A stretch of 63,320 nt of DNA, filler included, from Piptocephalis cylindrospora (taxonomy: Eukaryota): assembly GCA_003614145.1 (NCBI GenBank). It is 5 parts of 5 records of this genome, joined end to end, with 100 filler letters (N's around TTAATTAATTAA, not from the genome) between each part and the next. Parts side by side here need not be neighbours in the genome. Positions count along the whole stretch, not along the records: positions 50,861 to 63,320 come from KZ987969.1; 4 more parts are not named here. One strand, given 5' to 3'. The first letter of the stretch is position 1, and each line of letters begins with the position of its first letter. A program made the translations under genes and the position numbers. Under the pieces are notes generated by a model, which was not told the origin of the DNA, ran no database searches, and saw only the letters and a list, made by a program, of their open reading frames with translations. Positions 50,877 to 61,345 of this stretch are shown here, one piece after another.

Positions 50877-51128
50877 ATGCGTCTCACCACCCGTACTCTG
50901 ACCACCCTTGTCCTCGTCGGTATCTGCCTGACTGCCTTTACCGTTGGTTCCCCTGTACCAGCTGAAGGGGATGCCTCCACAGGGGACGAAGGAGGCAATG
51001 GAGGGTCTAAAGAGTCTGATGAGGAAATCCTTGAATGGGCGAGGAATAAAAAGCGTCATGAGGATGAGTCCAACGAACGGGAGAAATGCAGAACCACTCC
51101 CTACTGCACTCCAGGCATGCAATATTAA
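50877..51128 (+). CDS. Small secreted protein or prepropeptide (83 aa)
   Basis: Good start context CAACATG, signal peptide ending TVG-SPVP, acidic linker, KKR site, two Cys in the tail. Confidence 0.7.
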   Translation: MRLTTRTLTTLVLVGICLTAFTVGSPVPAEGDASTGDEGGNGGSKESDEEILEWARNKKRHEDESNEREKCRTTPYCTPGMQY

Positions 51129-53263
51129 TGGAATACTCCCCATGATGAATGGTGCGCGGCAGCCTCACTTCATCCTGGGTATATCCCACCAATCCATGAT
51201 GTGGTATCCAAGGGTATGCGAGATGTTGTTCTGCATGGCTATCCTCGTACTGAAAGCTAGTCTACATGGTCCATCTCATGTACCCAGCTTTCAGATTCCT
51301 TTCCGGATGAAATACAATGCTTTCTTGATCTTCCCTCCAGCTTTTACCTCACTCGAGTTCGTGCAATGAAAATGTCTACTGAGATGCCAAGAGCAAAAAG
51401 CAACGTGTTATTGAGCAATAGTGAGGATGATCATCGTTAACGTTTTTCCGGAAAAATATACTCCTGATAAGTCAGATCAGCCTTGGATCCATTCATAGGC
51501 TCCACGCATTCACACCGTTCTAGCCTTAGTCTTCAGAATGATATCCAGAAGGTGGCTCTTGACGGAAACTGACTACAACAATGAGAACCATTTACTAGCA
51601 TTAGGCTCGGATACTGAGTGGCTCTTGATGAGAACCTGGTATTCACAGCTAGCCTTCTCGATCCTCCAAGGAGATATATAGCCTGACAGCGGCGTGATCT
51701 GCATCCTTCCTATTCCTATTCATTACACCGCCTTCCATATCGAATCCACTATATCACAAATATCTCTGATAAAAGCCTTGTTGTCTTGGACGTGCATCTT
51801 CCCGTAAAAAGAGAGGTTTAGTCAAGGAAAGTAAGTGTATGAATCCCAGGAGGCCAAGTCCGTGCATATACACAGTGTCAGTTTTCAAAACTATCAAGTA
51901 GTAGTAGTAGACAGCAAAATGTATTGGGATCAAGACCATTAAGCTTGATTTGAAAACCCATGTGTTATCTTTTGTATGAAGACTTTTCATTCCAAAAACC
52001 AAGCAATTATGCCCATCAGCGTCGAGCATATGACCCAAACGCTACGCTCCCGTACTGATGGTGTGAGTGCGCGTGGTAAAACTACACACATCTTTACACC
52101 TTGAATTTCTCCAAGGCAAAAAATCAACCTCTGATCCATTGTACTCCGCTTTTTAGAACGAATGCGGTGATTGGTCTGTATCTTTATGTAGAGGGAGGAG
52201 AGATCTCGCATGTTGCATTATAATGTCTAGGGCTGCACGGTCCAGCGTGCACTCACAACTCTTGTCACACCCTTGCATCTCTACGCCCTCCGTGTCTTAC
52301 TCTCACGCCTGCCGGAGAAGGATTATCCCGTCCCCAGTCAAGGTACAATCCAGTCGATAATGAGGGAGGTAACCCAGGGGAGAGACACGGGATAAGTCAG
52401 GGACTAGACGATTGACCTATAGAATAGTAGCTATAGATAACAAGTAAATAAGCCCCTGGGCTCGTAAGATCCACTCGTGTGAACAATGAAACAAAGGACC
52501 CATCCCCGCATGGGGTACTGTGGTGGGAGCCAGCTTTATGTCTCTCTCACCCTAGTACTCCCTAATCTACTTGCCCCTTCCTCCTCCCCTTATGCAAGTC
52601 ATATCTTCACCCAGTCAGCATCCTCCAATCCCTCAGGATACACGTCACTTTCGTCGGCCCGACGCTTATCCTAACCATATCCTCCTTGGACCTTCTGTCA
52701 GGGTCAGAGACACAACTCACATCGTCCTTGGCCTCTTCGTCCCCTCATCTTTCTAGACCAACGATCAGGTCTCTTTCTCCTTCCATTTCTCGTCCCACCT
52801 TATCTGGTGACCCACAGCTAATGAGAGACTCTATCCCCACATATTCCTCCCACCTTTCCCCCGCCTTCCCCTCATCCAATCGACCGAGTCCCCGCACATT
52901 TACCGTCTATCATGCAAAAACAGACATTATCGGTCTCACACGACAAAGTCCCCCCATGGTCAAGGCTGCCAAGGTTTATCCATCATTCCCGTGAGAGAAG
53001 GAAAAGACACCCGCTCTTGGGAATACCCTTCTTCTCGTGAGAGACATAAACGGCTACACGGAGCCAGTGTTTCTGACATCAAACGTCTTTAAATAAGCCT
53101 CCTAGGACGTATCCGCTACCCCACGTTCCCCACATCTCCTTCAATTTCCCTTGTTCCTTCACCCCTTCCTCCCCTCATCCCCTCATCCATATCCCCATTG
53201 ATCCTTACCTTGCTCTATAGTTACATAGTTATTCCACCCCTCATCATCGCACACTCCTCACAC

Positions 53264-54295
53264 ATGTCAGCCACTGCATCCATGACGGATCGGTCCCCCG
53301 TCCATGCCAGCGATGGCGTTCAGGCCGCTCCCGAAGACCCCACTTCTCCCTCGAACCCCAATGTCACCACTGCATGGGGTAACGGGAGTTCCCCAGTCCC
53401 TCCGCCTCCTTTGACCCGGAGGGAGAAGTTCATTCAATCCGTCAACCGTACTGGAGATCGTGCCGGCCTTCCCTTCGTCAAGCGCATCCGCTGGGCCTAT
53501 CGTCCCTATCTTGCCGAGTTCCTCGGTACCCTCGTCTTCACTGCCCTTACCGCCGGCCTTGTTAGCAACTATCAACTGCAAATAGCCAAGGGTCATATGA
53601 CCTATTTTGGCGAGACCTTCTATAGTGGCATTGCCCTCATGTACGCCATCTATGTCGCGGGAGGTGTATCCGGCGGTCACATCAACCCGGCCATCACCCT
53701 TCTCTTTGCCGTCTGGCGTGGCTTCCCCTGGCGCAAGGTTCCTGGCTACTGGTTTGCCCAGTTCTTCGGCGCCTTTTGTGGCGCTGGCATCGTCTACCTC
53801 ATGTACTTACCTCACTACGAACTGGCTAACATGGGCGAGCGCAACATCATTGGCCCATACGAAACTGGATCTATCTTCGCCACTGTTCCCTCCCAGGTCC
53901 GTGGAAACTACTCATGCTTCTTTGGCGAGATTGTCGGGTCCGCCATCCTTGGTGCTGCCATCTTTGCTTTCATCGATCGGTACAACATCCCCCCTACTTA
54001 CTTGGCCCCCATTGCCATTGGCCTGGCCCAAGGTGTCATCTATGCCGGCATCAGCTCCCCCGGCCGTCTTTTCCTTAACCCTGCGCGTGACTTTGGCTCC
54101 CGTGTCCTCTTGGCTGCTGCTGGCTACGGCGGCGAGGTATTTAGCGCCTATGACGGGTACATGTGGATCCCCATTGTTGGACCTATGATTGGGACTGTCA
54201 CAGGTGGTGCTCTCTACGACTTTTTCATCGTTACCGGCCCTACTCCTGAGCAGATCGAGGCCAAGGAGATGGAGGAGATTGAGCGTGGAGAATAG
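53264..54295 (+). CDS. Aquaglyceroporin (MIP family)
   Basis: LAEFLGT, VSGGHINPAIT and NPARDFG (Asp after the second NPA indicates glycerol-facilitator type). Confidence 0.95.
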   Translation: MSATASMTDRSPVHASDGVQAAPEDPTSPSNPNVTTAWGNGSSPVPPPPLTRREKFIQSVNRTGDRAGLPFVKRIRWAYRPYLAEFLGTLVFTALTAGLVSNYQLQIAKGHMTYFGETFYSGIALMYAIYVAGGVSGGHINPAITLLFAVWRGFPWRKVPGYWFAQFFGAFCGAGIVYLMYLPHYELANMGERNIIGPYETGSIFATVPSQVRGNYSCFFGEIVGSAILGAAIFAFIDRYNIPPTYLAPIAIGLAQGVIYAGISSPGRLFLNPARDFGSRVLLAAAGYGGEVFSAYDGYMWIPIVGPMIGTVTGGALYDFFIVTGPTPEQIEAKEMEEIERGE

Positions 54296-54729
54296 AAAAA
54301 GGCTGTGTCCCTGTTGCGTCTGTACGGCGTGGGGCAAATCCTGGATGTGGGCAGAACAACAAATCAATATGCACATCACCCAATATATATGAGTTAAAAA
54401 TTCCAACAAAACTTCGACGAACGAGAAGGGTGAGAGGTGGTTGCCAAGTTGGCTCAAAACTATTCTATTTATTACGGTGGGTACACTGGGTGAAAAGGTG
54501 TCAATAGGGCTACAATTTGGCCCTTGAGATGAAATCTCTCCATGATCACGGATGCAGGCAAGGGCCAAGTCAGTCGAGCGGTTGAGGTAATAAGCCCTAG
54601 GCCATCACCGTGTCCCGGATTCAAAAGGGCTCTTCTTTAATTCTTTTTTACGTTTGCTTACAAAACCTCTTCCCTCAACCGAGGATCCAGCGATTAAGAT
54701 TCCTCCCGACACAGCTTTTAGACACGACC

Positions 54730-56480
54730 ATGACGGGGAACACAGACTGGGAAGACCTTCTGGTCTGGTTGCACCAGGGCTCCTTTCCTCCCCATCATCT
54801 GGTCTTGACGCAATTCCCAGGTGCTTGTGGGGTCTGAGCGGGCTATACAGCTTGAGATGGACTGACTAGGCTCTTTCTCGATATAGATGGAACACGTGGA
54901 CTGGCCGCGACAAAGGATATCTTGGTAAGTAGAGTGAGGAAGAATCCCAGGGCAATTCGCACTCATTATTAACCTTACTAATCATACTAACTCTATTAGG
55001 CCGAGGAAGCATTAGTGACCATCCCTTCACAGTTGCTTTTGACCAAGGATCGGGTCCTGTCCACCCTATCTGAGGAAGGAAAGCGAATGGTTTCTAGGTA
55101 CGATGAATGGCGGACGATTTAAAAACTGATAATCTCTATTTAACCAACCATTCCTCGGGCCATAGCGTTCCGGCCCAAGCGCTCATCGGCGCCTATTTAG
55201 CCATTGAGAGGGGGAAAGGGTCTAGAAGCGCATGGAACCCGTACATCCGACTCTTACCCAGTGCCTACCCCACCATCCCACTTTTGTATACAACCCGACT
55301 GAGATCCCTTCTTCCTTATGCTATCCTTCGTATGTTGTCAGAGAAGAATCCGGGCTAGGGAGGCAATGCCATTTTTATCCTCTCACACTTCTCTGCTTCA
55401 ATTTTGAATGATAGAAAAGGTCAAGAAGCAGGAAGGGCAGATCCAAGACGCCTACCAAATTATAGGAAAAGTGAGTTTCTCTCCTCTTAGAGTATCAACC
55501 CTTCCCCTTACCGTCTTATTTCATGGACATAGATTTCTGAATGGAAACTAATTTCCAAGGATGATTTTATATGGGGATGGCTTACAGGTAAGTTATACAT
55601 GTACCATTCTCCCCAAACACCATAGATTGACCCTTCCATATCTACGACCCCTCAGTTAATACTCGATGTGTCTATCTGGACGAAGGGGAAATGGATGTGG
55701 AGGATCGCCTAGCGGTTGCACCCTTCCTGGACATGCTCAACCATGACCCCACCACATCGGTGTCTGGTAAGATGGATGCATCCAAGGACGCGTACATCAT
55801 CCGGACCCATCGATCCATACGGGCTGGCGATCAGGTAAAAGCGATGATTCATGTTGTTTCTAGTATCTCGCATTATTCGACCATTTTAATCCACATCCTT
55901 TCCTCATCCACATCCTTTCCTCTCCATACAGGCTTACATCAGCTATGGACCTCATGATAATGCCTTTCTCTTGGCCGAGTATGGTTTTACCTCATGGCCC
56001 GGGAATCCGCACCAGTCTCACCAACTAGAGGATAAACTTATTCTTGACCATTTCCTTCCTCCCTCTTTCCCGGAAAGGGAGGCCAGGATGAGAGCATTAA
56101 AGGAGACAGCCTTTTATGGGGATTACTCTCTTCATCCCGGGGAGATGTCTTATCGCTTGGAGATTACCTTGTATCTATGGGCTTTACCCTCTGGACCCAA
56201 ATTCCCCTCGTCCCTTATTCTATGGCAAAATCTAGTGGAGGGTATGGTGGGGGAAGAGGCATTGGGGAATGAGACACAGCGGCGAATGAGGGCCTTTGCG
56301 CACCAAGTGGCCGGTTTAGTTCTCTCTCAGGCCACCACTAGGCTCAATACTCTTACGGAGATGGTAAGACAAGGGAGCGAGGCTGACAGGATGGCTTATG
56401 GATGTTCCATCTCGATATGGGAAGAAGTCCGGGATATTGCATTATCCATCCAGGAGGCCTATCCTCTCGACCTTTCCTGA
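54730..56480 (+). CDS. SET-domain protein lysine methyltransferase (SETD4/Rkm2-like)
   Basis: GTRGLAAT, LVTIPSQLLLT, SAWNPYIRLLP, WGWLT/VNTRC, APFLDMLNH, YISYGPHDNAFLLAEYGF; about seven introns. Confidence 0.88.
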
Positions 56481-56689
56481 AATACTATTGCTGTGTGGAG
56501 TACTGTTAGAAATATCATGAAACCGACTCAGTTTATTACCAAGAAAGTGGAAGAGACGCATCCACATTTTCCTGTCTTTATCATTTCTCATCATCATCCA
56601 CACCTCATCCTAGTGCCGCACCTCTTGAGGAGATATGTTCATAAAACATAAGGAGAGCGTATCCCTCACATATCCACCCACATACACAA

Positions 56690-56710
56690 AGAGAGAGAGA
56701 GAGAGAGAGA
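56690..56710. repeat. (AG)10 microsatellite
   Basis: Read directly from the sequence. Confidence 0.85.
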
Positions 56711-56754
56711 TACACCTTCTCATTTTCTCTACTCTCACCTCACCCTCCCACATA

Positions 56755-57687
56755 TTACAGGGAGGTGAAGAGAAGGACGGTGGTAGTAAGCCCAATGGCG
56801 TAGGGCATGAGCTGGACAAGAGATTCGGGTCGAGTGGCCTCGCTGGCCGATGCACCCTTGACCCTATTCGTGTCATCTTTAGAACCAGGGGAATTGGGAT
56901 CGACCGCAGCACCAGATACGCTGGAAGGGTCGGCTGTGGTGTTACTCGTAGCGCCTTGGGGATCAGGGGCGGATCGGTAGTAGGGCTTGACATTACCAAT
57001 GCAATCAGCGACGGTTTGGAAGATGAAGCCCTTTTCCTTGATCATCTGGATGATACCTTGGGTCTGGTCGATGGAAAATTTGTGGATGTCATGCTGCAGG
57101 GAGATGGCGGCACTGGCATGGCCATCCATTCTTGCCAAAGCCTTCTTAAAGTTGGTCGTGACGAGGGGAAACTTCTTGGGATCACTCATGTACCTCCAAT
57201 CATTACTATCGACGTTCCACTGGACGATCATGTAGCCCATGTCTTCTAGTATTTTTTGATTGGCGGGTGAGCACTCGCCATACGGGGGCCTAAAGTAATT
57301 GGGAATGGTACCAATGACCTTTTGCAGAGCCTGTTCGGTGCGAGTGATCTGGGACTTGACGGCGTCAGCAGTCAGGGAATTGAGATGGGGATGATCGTAG
57401 GTATGGATGGCGATTTGATGACCCTTGTCGTAGGCATCCTTGGCCCAATGACCTGTGGAGGCCTCGTCAACGGCCTTGCCAAGAACAAAGAAGGTAGCCT
57501 TGATGTTCTCCTTCTCCAAGAGATCCAGAAGGGTCTTGGTGTACTGGGAGGGTCCGTCATCAAAGGTCAGAGCAAAGACCCCGGGTTTGGAGCAGGTCAT
57601 GACCAGTCCAGGTCGATCATCCTGGGCCATGGAGACCCCTGCTAGGATAGCGAGCATAGATAAAAAGGTGGGGAGAAGGGAGACCAT
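56755..57687 (-). CDS. Chitin/polysaccharide deacetylase (CE4), secreted, probably GPI-anchored
   Basis: TFDDGP, HTYDH, FRPPYG, DSNDW, LQHD motifs; signal peptide; hydrophobic C-terminus. Confidence 0.95.
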   Translation of the reverse strand: MVSLLPTFLSMLAILAGVSMAQDDRPGLVMTCSKPGVFALTFDDGPSQYTKTLLDLLEKENIKATFFVLGKAVDEASTGHWAKDAYDKGHQIAIHTYDHPHLNSLTADAVKSQITRTEQALQKVIGTIPNYFRPPYGECSPANQKILEDMGYMIVQWNVDSNDWRYMSDPKKFPLVTTNFKKALARMDGHASAAISLQHDIHKFSIDQTQGIIQMIKEKGFIFQTVADCIGNVKPYYRSAPDPQGATSNTTADPSSVSGAAVDPNSPGSKDDTNRVKGASASEATRPESLVQLMPYAIGLTTTVLLFTSL

Positions 57688-59492
57688 AGTAGTAAGCAAG
57701 AGGTAGATGACTAATGGGTTCAAGAAGGAAAAGATGGATGTTTAGTTGGGCGGTAGGGTGGATTGGTATGGAATAGTAGGGGGGCGCAAGGAAGAGTTCA
57801 GAGTTAGATAGATGGGTATGTAGAGTAAGATGAAAGAAAGAGAATGGTGAAAATGGTGGAGGGGAGGAGGAACGGGAAAATTCACGAACCTTTAGAGACG
57901 ACAGCGAAGAGGCTCGCAATGAGGGATGCCGACGACGTAGCAAGAAGAGGAAATAAACTGGGGATCAAGGAAAAATTGAATTGGATTGGATGGTCGAGAA
58001 GGATTTCAGGTTAGTCACAGCAACGTACAGGGTAGGATACATGTCACAGCATGCGCGAGATGGATGGGTGGGTAGGAGAAGGGGCTGGGGTAGGAGTAGG
58101 GGTAATGACTTACCAGCGCTTGGGGTTAAGATTGGGCTGAGAAGAAGCCAAGACGTAGGCCTAGGAAATAAGGACGCAGTGAGAGACGGGGGATTGACCG
58201 GTGCGGAGATGTGTGGCAAGGAAGATGGAAATGACGGGGGATGATGGAAAGTCGGGAAGGACACTGTGCAGTTGAAGAGCAATGCAGGTGATGAATGGAG
58301 GCAGGAGGGTGTAAGTGGGCTGGTCTTTGATGAGTTGGAAGAGAAGAAAGGAAGGTGGGAGTGAAGGAGGGAGGAATAGAGAGGGAGAGAGGGAGTCGTC
58401 AAATAAACAGCCTAGTAGGGGGTTGTTAGGCGGAAGTGACTCAAGGAAGAAGGGAGGGGAAGGAGGTGGGTAGAGTAGAGCAGGAGAAGGGTCGTCAATG
58501 GGGGAAGGGCGAGCAAGGACCAGGAGAGGAGGAAATAATAATAGAATTCAAACCTCGTGCCGTAAGGAGTGGGCCCAAAGTGAAGGAGGATGGTGGGTGC
58601 GAGAACCAAGGGAGGTAGATAATCCGTCTACTACACCATTGATGTGGGGTAAAAGGTGAGCGATGGACAGTTATGGCAGCAAGACAGGAGAGAGGGCCTC
58701 TTGCTTACCTGACGCAAAGGACTATATTGACCGGGGGGGAAGGAGGAAGGGAGTGGCACGACACAACAGGGGTAGATGTGCAGTGTGAAAAATCTGCGGA
58801 AGGGCCAGGAAAGACAAGCTTACGTGCCAGGATCAGGGGGGAGAACGGCGAGATGGAGGTGGGCGATGGGTTGGTCGTCAGGGAAGAGGGCCAATAGATA
58901 GAAGAGAGTCGAGTGTGGTCGATGAGAAGGGACAGGGGGATGATAGGTGATGATGGTGAGTGGAACGTCAAGAAGTGGGGATGGGAGGAAGGGAGGGAAG
59001 GCTGAGTGAACGTGCAAGGGGAATCAGGGGTAAAAAGGGAAGGAGAGGGATGTTTTCAGGGCAAGGAAAGGAAAGGAAAGAGTTTGATGCTAGGGTTTTT
59101 AAAGATGGTTTGTGTATCCGACACCTTCACAGTGCATAGAGTGCATAACTAGCAAGTGGCGATGGCAAGCAAGGCTCCAACCGTTACAGTAGCTTTAGAT
59201 GAAGGGTCTCAAGGTCGGAGTTCAACGATGTCTTACCCCCAGCTGGACTATCCACTGACACGACTGTGGCTAAGCGGAGTACGAAAAAGGAACTATGCTG
59301 CACAAAACAAATATATGCAATTTTTGGGACATGAGATGAGATAAATTTTAGCGGGTGTTACTGTGATTACGGGCTGGCTTGCAGATTGGGTCGAAACCGG
59401 ATCTGGGACTAAATCGACGATGACTTGCCAGGTAGACGAGAGAGACAAATATCCCCCTATGAAAATGCCCGATCATTAAAAATACCCAATCA

Positions 59493-60197
59493 TTAAAAGG
59501 GCCAGGGAGCGGCCTCCCACCAGATGGCATAGCCGAGAAAGGCACAGGCTACCAAGAGAATCAGGACGAGGGTGACACGGAAGGATCGACGACCACGGAA
59601 ACTTGGTAGAAAGTAAAAGAGGAGGGTGGTGAAGAGGCAGAGACCAAGACAGAGGCCTAGGTAAATGCCAAAGTACCGAAGACGGGCATACCCTTCCACA
59701 CCTTCCTGGCCAGGGTCTCGACCTATACAGGTGGGGAAACCAGCGCGATTATTTCGTCGACAGGTCCCTTGGCATTGCTCAACCGAGATACAGCTGGTCA
59801 AATGCTCCTGCTGGGCCTGGCAAATGCCCGAAGCATCACACCAGCCGCCCTCCCCACAATTTCCCAGATATTCGAGGGTCACAGAAGTATCGGCATACTG
59901 AGTGAGGAAGGGATCGAAGAGGAGCTGGCGGGAGGATTGGAGGGAGGGGAGGGAGCAATGGGAACACGTATCCCCCTTACCCACTGTCCTCCCCTGATAG
60001 TACGGGCCTTGGGGCAGAGCAGAGGCCACGCACCCCGGGGTCTCCTTGGGCTGACAGGTCAGACCATTAGCATCAAAATAACACTGGGTCAGAGGGTCCG
60101 GGCATGTGAGATTTCCAAAGCACAGGGTGATGTTTTGCGCGGTGATGGTCGGATTGATGAGAAGCAGGAGAAGAAGAGTAAAAGAGATAGGGTACAT
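59493..60197 (-). CDS. Cys-rich cell-surface membrane protein of unknown function
   Basis: Signal peptide, Cys-rich ectodomain, two C-terminal TM helices. Confidence 0.72.
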   Translation of the reverse strand: MYPISFTLLLLLLINPTITAQNITLCFGNLTCPDPLTQCYFDANGLTCQPKETPGCVASALPQGPYYQGRTVGKGDTCSHCSLPSLQSSRQLLFDPFLTQYADTSVTLEYLGNCGEGGWCDASGICQAQQEHLTSCISVEQCQGTCRRNNRAGFPTCIGRDPGQEGVEGYARLRYFGIYLGLCLGLCLFTTLLFYFLPSFRGRRSFRVTLVLILLVACAFLGYAIWWEAAPWPF

Positions 60198-60625
60198 CGA
60201 GGACGGAAGGGAGGTGAGAGAGGGTAAGAAGAAGAAATGGTAATGTATTCAGCCTTGGGGGGGTAAGGCCTATCACCTACACAAAAAAAAAGGCCAAAGG
60301 GAAATAAGAATGAAGAGGAGTAAAGAGAAAAGAAAGATGCCAAGTCCCTGTGGGAATATTTTGTGGGAAGGGAGGAGTATCGATTCTTGGGGATCGGAAG
60401 GAATGCATGACTTGGATTGGCCTGGGCGGAGTTGATCACAAGGAACAGATGCATCGGTCTGGGAAGAGGCCTCTTACGGGATCAGAGAGAGCAGGGTATG
60501 GAGAGCAATGGGTAATGAGGAGGAGGAGGGGGAGGAGCAGTACTGTCCCTAGGTCAGTCCAACTTAATAAGAGGCTCCCCAAGTCTTGATGGCCATCCAC
60601 CCATGGAGACTCTCGTGTCAATGAG

Positions 60626-61345
60626 TCAAGGGTAGGGAGGAGGCGAGGCATAATGGCCCAGACTATCAGACGAGTAATAGTCATCATGACTGAAGTCCAA
60701 AGGCATTTCCTCCTTGATCTGAGCCACTTCATCTAGCTGAACAACTGGGGAAAAGGGGGAATGAGGAAGGCTGGAGGGGGAAGAGGCCATGACGGAGGAG
60801 GTAGTGGAGGCGACTTCGGAGGCTGTAGCAACGGTGGAGACAACAGTGGGGGCTGTGGTAATGGTGGGGGCTCGACTGGTGAGGAGGGTGGAGAGATGCA
60901 CATTGGTTTGCGTCAAGGAGGCATTGTCCTCCTGGAGATGCCTCACCATGGCCTTGAGCTCATCAACCTGGGCCTCGAGGTCAAGGATGCGTTGCTCTTT
61001 CTTGGCCCGGAATTGTCTCTGTGCCTCCCGGTTCTGCGCTCTACGCTCCTCTACCGTATGATACTTTGGCTTTCGGCCTGGGCGTCGTCGTGGAGGATCC
61101 TGAGTTTCCCACAGAGCCTCTTGATGTATGAGTACTGGTCCTGGGGGGTGGGAGGACGAGAGGGGAGTCGGGATGGGAGGAAATCGAGGAGGCCCAACCA
61201 TGGTGGGGGGCATGCCTTGAGGGCGGGACATGAAGGACGACGCGACCATGGGGCCCAATCTGTCCTGAGATGGGCGCCCTGGTAGGGAAGGAGAGGGTAA
61301 TAGTAAAGGAGGGTCTTCCTTTACCACCATAGGGAACTTTGGCAT
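60626..61345 (-). CDS. bZIP transcription factor (AP-1/Yap-like basic region)
   Basis: RPGRKPK...RRAQNREAQRQFRAKKEQRILDLEAQV followed by a leucine zipper. Confidence 0.9.
   Translation of the reverse strand: MPKFPMVVKEDPPLLLPSPSLPGRPSQDRLGPMVASSFMSRPQGMPPTMVGPPRFPPIPTPLSSSHPPGPVLIHQEALWETQDPPRRRPGRKPKYHTVEERRAQNREAQRQFRAKKEQRILDLEAQVDELKAMVRHLQEDNASLTQTNVHLSTLLTSRAPTITTAPTVVSTVATASEVASTTSSVMASSPSSLPHSPFSPVVQLDEVAQIKEEMPLDFSHDDYYSSDSLGHYASPPPYP

Noticed and set aside
16932..54598. TAAGCCC as a recurring promoter motif (16932, 20603, 52449, 54591)
   Set aside because: Also occurs in coding sequence and in a splice donor; enrichment cannot be shown by eye.
57750..59100. Many short ORFs in a purine-rich stretch
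   Set aside because: Compositional bias typical of the pyrimidine-rich leader/promoter of the deacetylase gene; no coding signature.
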